A stretch of DNA of 64,000 nucleotides from Felis catus (GCF_018350175.1 NC_058368.1:166100001-166164000), one strand, 5' to 3'. Positions 38,441 through 52,699 are shown, counted from the first letter of the stretch. Numbers and translations: made by a program. Notes: a model not told the origin generated them from the sequence alone.

Positions 38441-40294
38441 AAACATAAATAATCTGAAAGGATCGTCTAATAACCAAATTTCCACAGTAAGATATATTCA
38501 GTTAAATGAATTGATTCTAAATAATTAGGTATATATTTCTAAGGCAGTAATTCCTCAAATTTTCCTTTTATAAAAATTATAAACTATTGGCTTGGATAAT
38601 TATTGTAAATTGTCAACTCATCAATTTGGTTTTGGCAAATGGCAATAATTACAATGATAACCAAAATGGGAGACCAAATTTGTAAAGCCTTGCTTTGTTT
38701 GAAGGTCTAAAGATAAACAAGGCAATAAAGTGTCTTGTTTTCATCATATTTATCCGTGAAATCATTTGGTATATCAAATACGTTATTGCTCTGTCTGCAC
38801 AGCACAGCATGAAGTGGATATTTGGCAACTTTTCAACTAACTCAGCCAATGTAGTAAACCAAACCAGATAATTCAGGTTAAAAAAAAAAACACTTTTGAA
38901 TTATCAGATCTGGCTGTCTACATTAGGGACTAATTGAAAGCAGAAAGGACTGCTTGTCAAACACAGTCACTTAAAATTATTACAACTGATTAAACAGATC
39001 CCTCATTGCCTAAATTACAAGACAAGTTAAATTTTAATGGCTATAAGGGGAACCTAAGGCAGGATCTTTATAATAAAATGGATTGGCTATTTAATGTCAA
39101 ATACCAAGCACTCAATCTTACTATAATCAGCTGATTCAAGTGAGTAGTTCTAATATTTAAGTGAATAAAATAACCATGCCATTATTGTGGGCAGTAAGAA
39201 GATAAAATCAGATAAAATTATACCTTTATAAACTCCAATATTGAACTACTTTCATCATATTGAAATGCTTTGTGATTTTACTAGAAAGAATAGCGTATGG
39301 TTACTGATCATTCTATTCAACAGGTTATTGGATCTTAAAGTGATTTATAATATAGAATTTCCTAGAATAATTTATTAAATTCATTCTGAATTTGTTAAAA
39401 TTAAGTAACTTTATGTAAGATAAATGCAGCTTTAGGCTACTATTATGATTTTTTTAAGACTGTAGTTTTAGTAATAAAGATTTTTTTAATCATCTATCAT
39501 AACTCCATTTGGATTGGTGCACCATTCACACACACTCTTATTTATCTCTAAAACATCCAATTTATAGTCTATAAAATTCACTATTAGTTAATCCTTACAA
39601 ATATTATGATAAAAGATAATAATTCCAGACACTAATCTGGTTTTTCATAAGTACCAATTCTGTGATAGATGATTTTTCCAAAACCAATTATAAATGATTA
39701 TATAGTTGTTGCTTCATCTGTCCAAAAGGCTGGAATGTTTATTTACCCGATGCTAGTATATTCTGATCAATTTCATGGTTTTGGTAATCTGATAACTTTT
39801 ATTGACATTTATAGCACACTCTGTGATTATAACAATACAAGTTAGCCCTTAACTTACACCTGAAGCACTAACTGATTTTAATTTATAGTGGACTAGACTC
39901 AAATCAGATCTACCAAAACCCAGCTGTTATTTTCTTCTTGAATTTCTATTCATGGCTTGGTCATCTTTTACTATGATACTCTATAAACATGGTCCTGTCA
40001 GTTGCGCAGTTAAATGGAATCTCACTGATTTATATAATCTGAATGAAAGTAACTAAACAGATACCCATAGTTTGCACTGCTACCAAAGTCCTCCAGTTTC
40101 ACATTAAAACAAGAGAGTTAGCAACACTGGAGACTTTCATGTGCAAGATAACTGAGTTAAGTGCCTTATACTCTTCCTTCAATAAGGAAAACTGGTTCAT
40201 CACTTGCCTGAATATATAAAGATAAGATTCTTTCTCTGACCTGAATCTTTCATCGTGAATACCAAGGCCGTAACTTGGTGATCAACAGATTTCT

Positions 40295-40502
40295 TTTTAA
40301 TTTTTTAATGTTTATTTATTTTGGGGAGAGAGAGTACAAGTGGGAGAGGAGCAGAAAGACAGAGGAAGACACAGAATCTGAAGCAGGCTCCAGGCTCTGA
40401 GCTGTTAGCACAGAACCCAACGCAGGCTTGAGCTCATGAATCCTGAGATCATGACCGGAGCCAAAGTTGGATGCTTAACCGACTGAGCCACACAGGTGCC
40501 CC
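40295..40502 (-). mobile_element. Can-SINE (felid type)
   Basis: Reverse head 'caggtgcccc'; TSD atcaacagatttct (40281-40294, 40506-40519). Confidence 0.95.
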
Positions 40503-43500
40503 ATCATCAACAGATTTCTAAAATTGTAAAATATACTCTTTTATCAGTATAGTATGTACCTAGAACTCTCATAGAGTCTTCTTAAATCTATTAAAACGAT
40601 TTGAAACAAGTTATGTATTTTTCTGACTAATACATTAACAATTGCATTCAAGTGAGAGAAAAACAAGATAATTGCTATCAAACTCACATTACTCAAATTA
40701 AGATGTTTCATTTTGAAAATAAAAGATTATGAATTTTGTCAAAGTATTTAATAAACAATACATTAAATACGATTTAGAATACAAAATTGACTTTTTTATG
40801 TTAAAAAGAATAGGTTTGCTCTCTGAGGCAATAACAGTGGCAACCTTGTAGTGTCAATATGAACCAATGAAAATTCATCAGTTACTAAAATGAGCACTTT
40901 TATATGAAAGTACATTTGGAAGTGATGCAATGGACCAAGTTTTTTGCAAACATATGAGAAGAAAATGTGTACAGTATTATTTCCTTTTCTTTCTTTTTTA
41001 CAATTTCATTATGTGTATGCCTAAGTACATTTTTATACAGAAGGCACACGATATTCAACTTGACATCGATTACTATATAGACTTCAAAAATTAAAGTACT
41101 CAGTATAAAAAAATCATTCATATTATACCATTACAAAATAATAAGGGAGTAATAGTGTTTAGAATTTCAATTCTATCACTTTAATTTTAGAGAAAAAAAA
41201 TGAAAGCTTTACTTCCTCAAACTCTGGGATCTTTATAAACTCATCTTGAAATGTAAAGAAATAATTAATCTATTTTAATCCTTTCAAATCCTAGTGGACA
41301 CTCTAGTCATACACACTACACTTTTTACATATGAAAAAAAGGGTCAGCAACTGGTTTAGGGTCTTTGCTGTGGGCTCAGGGGCTTCTTTGGATGTAATCT
41401 GTAATTTCCTCTTATAACATTAACTCCCGGGATTGTGAGAAATTCATCAGATCCAAGATGAATGAAAAGCCCACTAAAGATTATGCATAGGCCCAAGTAT
41501 CTACACTTCACTGCAGATACTATGTATTATGTACTGAGTGACCTATATGAAAAATGCACACCTGCACTGGGTAATGGGAGCTAGTATGTCCCATTAGAGG
41601 CTGCATGACCAACTAGGGATGACAGCTGAAAGAATCCCAAGCTGATGGTTTCACTGACATGAGCTAATGCACACCCAGTCAGCCTCAGATATGTCACAGT
41701 TCAGCATGACAGGGACACCAGAAGCTGTGCCTGGAAGTCACAGCATATTTTTATGCTATTAATGTAATGCTCTTTTTTTCTCAGATCTGTATTTATTTTT
41801 AATTCTTAGTAACTTTGAACTGGGTGAAGCTGAGGTGTTTGACTATCAGTTTGAAATCAAGGCCACTGCAGCTTCTAGAGCAGAAGGAGGATTGTAAAAA
41901 CTAACTCCTATAAACATGAAAATATTATCCATAAAAGATAAAGTTTCTATCCAACTACATAAAGACAAAGTCCAAGATAACAAAAGACAATATGGATTTA
42001 AACATCCAATGGAATTAATAACCTGCTCTACTGTATACTCTAGAACTTAACTTTACAGATTCTGCTGAATTTGTTTATAGAACCAAACTGTTTACTTTTT
42101 TGGATGCTATTTCATTCATAAATTTCTTTTTGGGTGAGTAGGATTTGGAGGAAAATGTCTTTGCTAATTTCTAAAAAGGGTTTGAATTAATTCAGCAGTC
42201 ACTTCAAATACCTTGAGTGATTTACTATGTACAGATCTTATACCTGTTGCTGAAGATACATAATTCAAGAGGTTAGCTTCAATGCAATGGCAATTTTTGA
42301 ACGTGTGTGCATGTGTGATTGCTACTACCATAGTTCATACCGAGAAAAAGTAAGTATGAAATCTACAAGTCCATGGAAAATATAGGGTGTGATGACTAAA
42401 CATATTTTGTTGTTCAAATATTTATTTATCTAAAAGAAAATAAGTTTTATAAATTTTATTTAGTTGGCTTTAGAACACTTCATTCAGCTTATTCCCTATG
42501 TATGTTATTACAGGTACCTCTCCCAAGAACAGACAGAATCAAGCTTACTTGAAAATCAATGTTCAGTTAAACCTAGCAAGGATGTGTTAGGTTAAATATT
42601 AAATAGGCAGTGTTTATCTCATCAGGTTTTTTATGGTTAAACCTAATATGCACTTCATGAAACTGATAGAACTCAACAATTGAGCTCTACATATTTAAGA
42701 AAGTACAGCACAATACAGCTGTGTATTGGGTAGAATTCAAAGAGGATGAGATGAAAATTAGTAAAAACTTGACTTATACCTAGTGAGTAGATGCAAACTT
42801 TTTAATAAACATTTCCCAGGTTAAAACAAAACTACTCCTTAACTTCACAACACCATTCTCTATGGAAATGTCCCATTAACCAAGTTTTATTTTGTAAAGA
42901 CAAAGGAAGTTACATGCTCTGTCTTTGCAATGTACATCATAGTATATATAAATTATTTAAAATACTATAATCACAGTAAAGTGAGTACAAGCTATGATCC
43001 AAAATATTAATTACCTGGAAATTAGTATCATCTTATAGTTAAAAAACTAGGAACATGTCTATTATTAGAAAATACAATTAATTATTAAATTATATGCTTG
43101 ACCTCTTTGTGTCTCTCTGGGTGATTCTCAGAACATACTACCTGTATGTAGTATTCGAAGTTTTATAGAAAACAGAATAATGCAAGACATTTGAAATTTA
43201 TAATCCAACATTGCATTTTTGGCTCTTTTTTATGCATCATCTTTGGGATTTAATTTACTTATCAGATGGTATGAAATCAGAGTTTGAAAAATATTTTTCC
43301 AGAAGGAGTGAATTATATTATGCAGCTTTAATTCTAGAAGTAGAGAAAGAATTATCTCTAAATAATTAATGGCATTTTCCCCCTTTCTTTCTTTATCTGA
43401 AAGATTGCTCAAGTCATGTTCCCGGAAGGTTTCACTGTTCCATGGAGACAAAGTTGACAGGTGATGGCTAGATATTGTTTAATTAGGAGAAACCCCAAAG

Positions 43501-43959
43501 TAAAGAGCTTTCCAGCAAGAGTAGCAGCTAGCCCCAGTAAACAATATTTGACACCTGCTTTGTTAAATTACAATGAACACCTGCCATTTGCCACTCAGAA
43601 TGCTTACTACTCACTAATTTCAAAGAGAAACTAAAAAGTTAGAGGCTTTAAATTGGTTGAAGGTTTAAAGGTAAATAAACTATAATCTTAACTTGTATTT
43701 GTCTTAATTAAATTTTATTCCACACATAGCATATGAATCTAGCCTATTTCCAGAAAAATAAAATTTTACATTAAGGCTAAGATGCCATTTGACCACCAAG
43801 TTTGATCTCATTTTGAATGCTAACTTAAAAGGTGAGAGGCCTAAAACTTGCTGTTTGGCTAAAATGATGTTTCCTATAGGGAAAATCATGAATAATTTAC
43901 CCTGTGTCTCCCTAGACCATTGTCTCTAGATGGTAATCCATCCCTTCTCTCAATACATA

Positions 43960-45420
43960 TTTATGGGGTAGACAGATAATAAGCTAATTAAGTAAAACAC
44001 ATAACAAGTTAGGAGATAAGTACCATAAATTTCTGAGAAAAATTGAGAGTTCCTTTGTTGAGAGAGATTACACTTTAAACAGAGTGGACAGGGATGGCTT
44101 TAATAGGAAAGTTTTATTGGAGGAAATAATGAGACCAAAGTGAGGAAGCCTGCCACGGACATTTGGAAAGAGAGCATGCCAGGTAAAGGCAAGAGTAAAT
44201 ATAAAGGCCTTGTAATGGTAGAAATACCCACATGTATAAAGAAAAGCAAGACAGCAAGTGTAGCTGCATGAGGAAGGGTGAGGTAGTTGTAAAGGAATAG
44301 GTAGGCCTGGCTTACAACAATTGCATGGCCCAGTGCAAAATGAAAATATGAGATTCCTTCTTTAAAAGCCTGAAAAAAACGTACTGGTAAGGACACTGCA
44401 ATTTAAATTTTTTCCTTTCATCCCATAGTCTCTCTTTCACTTGTCATGTTATTTTTTATTTACTTTTTAATATTGTCCTAAGTAAAGACAAATTAAACTT
44501 CCAAATTATTAACATTAATTTTACAGATTATACTGTGAAACAGCAGTTTTAAATGCAAACATACAATGAACTCATGAAGAATCACTGAAGTAACACAATT
44601 TGCATTTCGTATCACATATATATCAGAACAGTGAAAATAGTGTAATATATTCACCTGTTCTTATTTCACTTCCTGATATACAAATGTTCTCCCAACCCTC
44701 TCTACCTTCAGCTTACTGACAAGTAAAGATGGACTAAAAAGAAAAGAAGTATTGGTTGACCTGTCTCTCCCATTCCTTCTTTCCCACCATTTTTAGTGTA
44801 AGAGGTTAGTTAATATAGAAATGTTTTACGTGAATATGAACATGAGGACGAAGGAACGATAGGGTTCCTTAACCATGCGTGTTTCTTAGAATACAACCCC
44901 ACTGCCTTTTTTCCCTTTCAAACTAAGTTATCAAATGGAAGAGCAGCCCCTTGCAGCTATCAGCACCATACTGCTTGCTCAGTCACAGAGACACATACTG
45001 ACCTTATTGTCACTTTGGATCTTATAAAGATTCACACACTATGCAAGCACTGGAATTCTGTGTTCCTGGGCCTTTGCAAAGACTATATGAGAATGGGACT
45101 GCAAGAGACATTGTACATATTGTGCAAATGTCCTCGCTTGCTTCCTTATCCATTGGATTTCACATAACTCACATGTTCAAGGATACAATTATTACGAATT
45201 TTAAGAAGGCAGCAGAACGTTGTATCAAACACAGGCTATGGTCACATGCCCAGGAAGCTGCCCTGGTTGAAGGAGATAAGAACAGAAAGATAATGAAGAG
45301 GCCAGTTCAGCTGGACCTTGTGAGCCATCATAAGATTTTGAATTTACCCAAAATGAGACTGAACTCCACTGGAGGTCTAATGGGCAGAGGGGTCATATTG
45401 ACAAGTTACATCAATGTTTA
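43960..45420 (-). mobile_element. LINE-2 fragment interrupted by MER45-like transposon
   Basis: Antisense L2 'atttggaaagagagcatgccaggtaaaggcaagagtaaatataaaggcc' before the insertion and 'ccttgtgagccatcataagattttgaattt' after it. Confidence 0.7.
44302..45265 (-). mobile_element. MER45-like non-autonomous hAT (Tip100) DNA transposon
   Basis: Ends 'taggcctggctt...ggcccagtgcaaaatgaaaat' and 'ggtcacatgcccaggaagctgccctg' are reverse complements of recalled MER45 termini; ~960 bp fits the long MER45 subfamilies. Confidence 0.75.
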
Positions 45421-46859
45421 CTGACAGTTGTCTTAATTTTCTGAATCTTTACCAATACAGCCCTCTGCAAAATATCCCAATTATTTTGAGGGTCAACAAG
45501 GTATATTCACCGTATTCTGTGCTTGTAGAAATCTGTAGCATTTCACGAGTCCATTTTAATACTTCTAATTTTTTTTTGGTCATTGTGATTCATAAATACC
45601 ATTTCAGAAATCTCAAGCTGTGTAATAATCTATAACTGAGGATTCCCAATACAATACTGACTATGCCCCAATGTACTTCAGAGTTTAAGAAAATCACTTT
45701 TGTATTTTTAAAAACTATATGTTCTATCTCTCCACAGGACTAAAAACCATAGCCACGAGGCAAAAGAAGGGTTAGATTTGAATAACTGGGATTGTACTGC
45801 ACTGTACTTACAATCCTATTCCTTTATTAAGATCATTCTACTAGATATATTCCCTCTATGGAGCTCTTGAAGCCAACTTGGACATGAATTTTTGTCATTT
45901 TCTGAAGGGATGATAATTTTCATTAATTAGCTCAATTAATTCATTTTTTCTTAGTCAGGCTTTAGCAAAGAGAAGTTGCCAGTATGGTCTTTAACTCTAG
46001 ATTTTTGATTCTTTTATAAAAATGTTATTGATCTTAGACTTAAAGTCATTGGATTTGATTGAATTCCAAAAGCTGGCATCTCTCCATTCCTGTGAATAGC
46101 TTCCAAAGCAAAATGTACTTAAACTAGATCCCTGCAGATCCAACTAAGAAGATTTCTAGAAACTACTTGAAGTGGTAGATTTGTGGCAACTAAATATCTA
46201 GAACTGTTGTTTCTTCAAGTTTCATATATTCTTTGCAGCCCTCACACCACAATACCAATGAGTTCTTGACAGAATTCTCCACATAGCTAATACTCAAGAG
46301 ATGCTTAGAGGTCATAACCATGGCATGAGTGTCAGACCAAAAAAAAAAAAAAAAAAGATAAATGGGTTTATATTTTGGATTCCAGGCACTGGCTTATTTA
46401 TATGTAATTGTCTCAGTAATAATCACTAAGGAGACTTAGATTCTGACAGGAGACCAGGAACTATTATCATTGTTGGTCCAGTTCTCTAACTCTCTATCTG
46501 AGAACACCTTTTGTTTCCCCCTAAATTTCCTAAATTTCCTTGACTGTTTCCCTTGAAAACAAGAGGTATTTTGTTCTAGAATCTTCAATGGCTGTTATCA
46601 CTTATGGATTATAAAGTATCCTTCTCATTATGGTTTTCAGGGACTCCATGGGCAGACCCCCATTCTGCCTTCCAGATTTATCCCCATATGGTTTGTCACA
46701 AATATACAGATGGCCAGGCATTTCCAAGTCTTCTACTTATGTTCACACTGTTTCCCATTGATTCTGTTGATTTAAAGTATAATTTCCCAAAGGTCTATCC
46801 CAAATTAAAATTGTTGATAAAGCCTTTTTCAAATTCCCCATTTTTCAATTATGTAATGA

Positions 46860-47035
46860 ATACCTTTATAATGTTTACTATGTGTTACTCATTGTTACAC
46901 ACACTTAATCCACCTGCTAACATGTCACAGATACTGTCACATCCCCATTTTATTGATAAAGAGACTCAAGCCCAAAAGGTTAAATTACTTGCTTAGAGGT
47001 AATGCAACTTTCTCGCTTTAATTCCAAGCTCTTAA
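46860..47035 (-). mobile_element. MIR
   Basis: 'atccccattttattgataaagagactcaagcccaaaaggttaaattacttgcttagaggt' is the MIR core. Confidence 0.75.
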
Positions 47036-48547
47036 TAAATGTCCTGTTATTTTTCAAAATAAAATCTCCTAACTTCTACTTCTTTATTATTGTGTTCCTT
47101 CTGAATACATACTTAATTTTCCTTGAATTATAGGAAATAATAAAATTCCTATTGCAATAAAAAAAAGCCCTCCTACTATTCCAATGGTATCTTAAGCTGC
47201 ATTAAATCAGAATCTTTTCCTTAATACTATTTCCCACAGCATTTAATACAATTTTGTGGAATCAAAATAAATAAGCAAATCAAAGGTAACTTTCAAGTAT
47301 TAGACATTCATTATTTTCTATAGTTCCATAGACATTTTCGCAGTATAATGGTGTTTTGGGTTTGTTTTATATTGGTTTATTTTGCTTGATCGTTTGTTCA
47401 GGAAAATGCTCTCCTATAATATTAGACATTGTGCTAATGTGCTTTTTATTTATTTTACAATAATACTATTATTATTAGTGTTAATGTATAGGGAGACATG
47501 TTAGAGAAGTTAAATAATTTGCCCACTGTTTATGCAGAGGTGTATATATTTTATAAGACAATACGTAATTGAATAATATTAATATCAATTATTATAGATA
47601 AAGCATTTTAAGAAAAGACACTAAGTATTACATACACTATAAACAGAAAGAGATAGAAACATCAATAAAAACTATCCCATGCCCTGCTCTAATAAAATGT
47701 ACAGCAGGAGATAAAGATTTTCCTATTAACAAATAGTCAATGAAAATTTAAAATAAAAAATTTATTATTAATGGACAATTAATATATCACTATGTTATCA
47801 CAATATATCACATCTGTGTAGGTTTTAATACTTTAGAAAATACATTTTAGTGATATGAAGCTCACTTTGAGACCTCTATTCTGACAGCCATAAAAAGACT
47901 CTGAGTTACTAGCAGTGCCAAGTCTATAAAAAAAAAAAAATGAGGAATCTTGACTGCCAGTCCCAAGATCTTTCCAAGTAATTCTCCATCCACAAAAATA
48001 ATTTACACAAATTTCTAGGGAAATAATTCATTTCCCTTTTATTCTGAAGAAAGCAACATTCCTGCTGGGTGGCTGACAGCAGGTGTTAATTCTGCAAGTA
48101 CTAATTTAACATAGCAGGTGTCAAATACACTGGGTATTAACTGCATGGTTGCTACAAAGTGATGACAATCACTAAATGAGCTCCGATTAGGTGGCCACTG
48201 GCACTTGCAGGCCTTCTGCTCTATTTTATTACTCACCTGAGCTTCATTCATCGGGGTAACATCCCATGGAAGCCTGTCACTCAGGAGTTTATAAGGTAAT
48301 GAACATCTACTTCAGGGATATGGACATTTTCTCCATCTCCATCATTTCCTCTTTTCAGTCACATATGATGTGACATATCAGGGTAATTATAATCATTTTA
48401 ATTTTTTAAAATGATGAATAATACTGTAGGAAAATTGCCAGCAGCTGCTTCAAAATTAACTTCTTTCCCAAAATATTGCCAACCACCTGCTCCCATCCCA
48501 TTCCTCTCCCCAGTACTTAAAAGTAATCTGGAAAAACATGCGCGCGT

Positions 48548-48564
48548 ACACACACAGGCACACA

Positions 48565-48611
<47 letters not shown>
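48548..48611. repeat. (CA)n microsatellite
   Basis: Visible CA run preceded by GCGCGCG. Confidence 0.95.
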
Positions 48612-48613
<2 letters not shown>

Positions 48614-50087
48614 AAAACTTGCCATAATTTATGAAAAATATAATTTCGTGAAAGAACAATTTAAATTTATGTGTTGTCTTTTAATCTATATATTGGTGTT
48701 AGTAAACTGTTTTTTCTAACCTATTGTCCAGTTTTTAACATTTAACTTCTAGATATTTTCCACAACTGATGACATTTTTACACATCAGTCACGCTAATAA
48801 TATTTCACAACATTTTGTTTATTACTTAGCTGTGTTTTCATGAGTATTTAACTTTTATGCTTCCTTATTCAAGTTTTGGTTATTCGTTTCCAAAAATATA
48901 CTTGTTGTTAGTAAGTCCACTCACTGTATTCTTTAACGAAACCACTCTCACAAGTCTCTCATTTTTGTACTCCATCCTCAGCCAGTTACTTACTCTTACT
49001 TTGTTTTGTCCTTTTCCTTAAGAATAGCTAGAAGCCTAGGAGACAGAAACCACTGCCGTCTGTAGATGGGATAGGAATGTCTGAGATATGACTGAGTTCT
49101 GGAGGAAATCAACAAATGATTGAGATATGACATTTTCAAATCACTTACTTTTACCACAAAGACATTTTATTGTTCAGGTTCATCTGACCTAGCCCTAAAG
49201 CTCGCCAACCTTTAAGTATTACGGTGCAGCTGACAGAACAATGTATGGTGTAAATTAATTAAGTTTTCACCAAAATCATCAGGCTCAAATTCTTTGAAAT
49301 ATCTCCTTCCAGATAAAATCTATGCAAAGGCTGTCAGCTGTCAGCTTTTTACTATTCTTGTAGAGTTGGTTTACAACTGTGTTCAGAGGCTGAGTGAAAG
49401 CCGAATTTGTCAGGCTTTTGTGAAACAAAGAACTCAAATTCACAAGCCTTACCATGAGAATAAAGCCACCTACAGGGATGTTTTATACCAGTTTGATCTC
49501 AAAGAAATGAGATGGGGTGCTGGGAGAGGTGCTAAAGACAGGTAAGGGTAAAAGTCACTGGTAAGAATACCAACTTCCAGGGGAGCAAATCCCAACGTTA
49601 CCTTTTATTTTTCTCTAATCAACCAATATGCAGTTTGTGACCCAGCTCATGACAGCCCATTTGTGATGCTCTTTAGAGAGGTCTTACTTCATGAGAGGAA
49701 AGTAGGCCTGACGTCTTTGAAATGGAGATCTAAAAATGTAATGAGAATGTACTCTTCAGATCATAAATGTATTTTATGTAAGATCCTCTTTCATCACAGA
49801 GAGCTTATTGTGTAGACAAAAAGAGTACCATGGAACCCCTATTTTAAAGGACTTCTAAACATAGCTACCCTGCCCCTACCTCAACTGTGAAATGAGATGA
49901 ATTAGCTAGCCAAGGCTTCTTTAGCAGTGGTTATCACATTTATGGAATCATGCCATTATAACAAGCTTTTTAAATCATAATGGGAAGCTAAGCCTTGATT
50001 GCAGCATTGGAAAACGGCAAATGTGGACCAGGAAAAGTCTCTAGATACACTGACTGACTCCAAAATTGTTAGCAACCATGATTCTTT

Positions 50088-50127
50088 TTGTGTACACACA
50101 CACGTGTGCACACACACACACACACAC
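50088..50127. repeat. (TG)/(CA) compound microsatellite
   Basis: Visible alternating run. Confidence 0.85.
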
Positions 50128-50879
50128 GTTTAATCATAAAAGCAGTTTACTCCATGTGGTTTGGATTCATTTATCATAAAATTGAGATGATGCCCTAGTG
50201 CTGAAGGTCAACTAAGTCAGGCTTTGACCAGTAATTATGAATTCCTCAACAACATCTAGTTATTATCTATGACAGGGAGTAAGAGAATATATCTCTGTAG
50301 GGGTTTCATGTAAATACCGTGGTGCTCAGCAAACCATAATTTCTGAAATTAAATGAGATATTGAACAAATAATACTCTTGTGAAAAATGCATACTTCCTC
50401 TTAACGTAAAAAAAAACCTGAATGTTAAATATGGAAATCACCAAAATTCCATCTTTTGCATATAGGATCTGAAGATAGCTACCTTCGTGAAAAACCATGT
50501 AATTACTTCTACCCCCTCTAAAACACGTATTTTATTTTCTCTTATTTCCCAAAGCATGCTTTATTATTTTTATCCTGTTTTTATCCTTTATTTCACACTA
50601 AGTCAAATCTTATTCAAAAGCCAACCAAATCTTGGATAAAACTCCAGATGCCAAAGCAAAAATTCCTATATAGATGTAGAGGTCAGACTCATAAAAACAC
50701 ACAGACACATGGAGACACAGGACAACACACACTCCCCTTGTCATTTGCATACATATTTAGGCATAGACAATGATTCTCTTACTATAATCTGGAAAATCAA
50801 CAGCATAACAAAGAGACCTATGAAACAATTGACCCCATAATTTATCTGGTTCATTTAACTTCAGAAAGTTAAGCAATTT

Positions 50880-51104
50880 GGGGCATCTGGGTGGCTCATT
50901 CAGTTGAGTGTCTGACTTTGGCTCAGGTCATGATCTGATGATCTCACGGGTCATGAGTTCCAGCCCCATGTTGGGCTCTGTGCTGACAGCTCAGAGTCTG
51001 GAGCCTGCTTGGGATCCTGTGTCTCCCTCTCTCTCTGAAACTCCCCCACTCATTGTCTGTCTCTCTCTCAAAAATAAATAAACATTAAAAATTTTTTTTA
51101 AAAA
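50880..51104 (+). mobile_element. Can-SINE (felid type)
   Basis: Head, internal 'tgatctgatgatctc' duplication, tail; TSD agaaag(t/g)taagcaatt. Confidence 0.95.
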
Positions 51105-51266
51105 AGAAAGGTAAGCAATTATACAATACAAAACAGGTTGTTACTCGGTCTTTTCCACAAAATCTTCAGAAGTTTCTTTATTTTTTTTTTCTTATTTCAT
51201 CATTCTTACAGAGTGACATTTGTCTTTGCATCCAATTTAGAACAAATCCTAAAATTACATAGAAGA

Positions 51267-51479
51267 GGGGCACCTGGGTGGCTCAGTCAGTTAAGCATCT
51301 GACTTGAGCTCAGGTCATCTTGTGGTTTGTGAGTTTGAGCCCAGTGTGCTGACAGCTCAGAGCCTGGAGCCTGACTTGGATTCTGTGTTTCCCCCTCCCT
51401 CTGCTTACTCTCTGTTTCTCTCCCTCCCTCCCTCTCTCACTCTCTCCCTGTCTCTCTGAAATAAATATTTAAAATAAAA
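51267..51479 (+). mobile_element. Can-SINE (felid type, small internal deletions)
   Basis: 17-bp TSD taaaattacatagaaga (51250-51266, 51480-51496). Confidence 0.95.
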
Positions 51480-52699
51480 TAAAATTACATAGAAGATTAT
51501 TGGGATGTGTGATGTCCTTATATTGTCATTATCATATAGGTTTGCAAGTATGATAGGGCCTGCAATGTTTATTAACAATGATATATCTCTTGCCTATCTG
51601 TGGAAAGGATGTAAGTTAGCTTTGGCATACAGAATAAAATGACTAAAAGGAAAAAGATTTTTAAACTATGATACTCATTTTTAAGAGTTAATTGCTATAG
51701 TTCTCTACTATTGAACGTAATCTGTCTCCTTAACCTCACTAAAGTCATTATCACTTTATTCTTGTGCCATGATTATTCACACAAAAGTATAACACTGTAC
51801 TTCAGGCTTTGTGAAAACAGTATCACTGTCCAATCAATCTCTGTACCAATCTCTATCCTCTTACAGATTTTCCATAAATATTCAATATAGTTTTAAGCTC
51901 TACAGAAGAGAGGCACATAAGAAAAGGGTTGGGCTTAATTGTTCTCATTAAAACAAAACAAAACAATAGCATGAAGCTTAATGTGTAAAACAAATACCTT
52001 TCAATGAGTTCCAGAAGAACTATGTCAAATGGGTACTCATGTAAGGGGGAACAGAACTTACTGAAAAATATATTGAATTATAATTTCCCAAGACAAAATA
52101 CACTTTTCAGGTAGATACTCTTTTACAAAACATTTCACTTTAAAAGTCAAGGACAACTGAAAACTTAACTCAGGAATGCCAGTTTGGTGAGTTAACTCTT
52201 GACAAGGACAGAACTTTGAGAATATAGAAAGCCTGCCTCTCAAGTGTCAGTCTCAGAAAGCTTATGACAAGTGTTCAAAGTCACTATATGGATCAATTCT
52301 CTGCTAGGTTCCTGTAACACAATATTCTATTTTGTTGCTAAATACACAGGTTCCAAATATTTGATTCATTAGTTTCTCTTTCTTTTAGTTTTTCAATGAA
52401 CATTTTCCAACCACTTAGGCTGAGAAATATGAGCTCATGATGGAAATAAATTGCAAATTCCAAGAGCTGGAGGAGATCCAGGAGCAGTGGATCTTAGAAA
52501 CAAGGGTAAAGAATTTCAGGGAGTACATAACACACAAATTTAGCAGCTAATGTGCGTAAGATGAGTACCCCAACCCTCTACCAACACTCTTTCCCCCAAG
52601 GCAGTGAAATTTAGCTTTTGGACTCAAAGACTCTTTGGAGGACTTAATGTGCCATTAATCTAGGAAAATACACAAACACACAAAATATTTCATACATTT

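Noticed and set aside
41810..41897. AG-preceded short frame NFELGEAEVFDYQFEIKATAASRAEGGL*
   Set aside because: Only 28 codons, no recognised homology, no linked exons; expected by chance.
43506..48159. Interpreting the inverted pair as TIRs of one 4.6-kb DNA transposon
   Set aside because: Similarity is highest in the middle of each segment rather than at outer ends, there is no TSD, and no transposase remnant lies between them.
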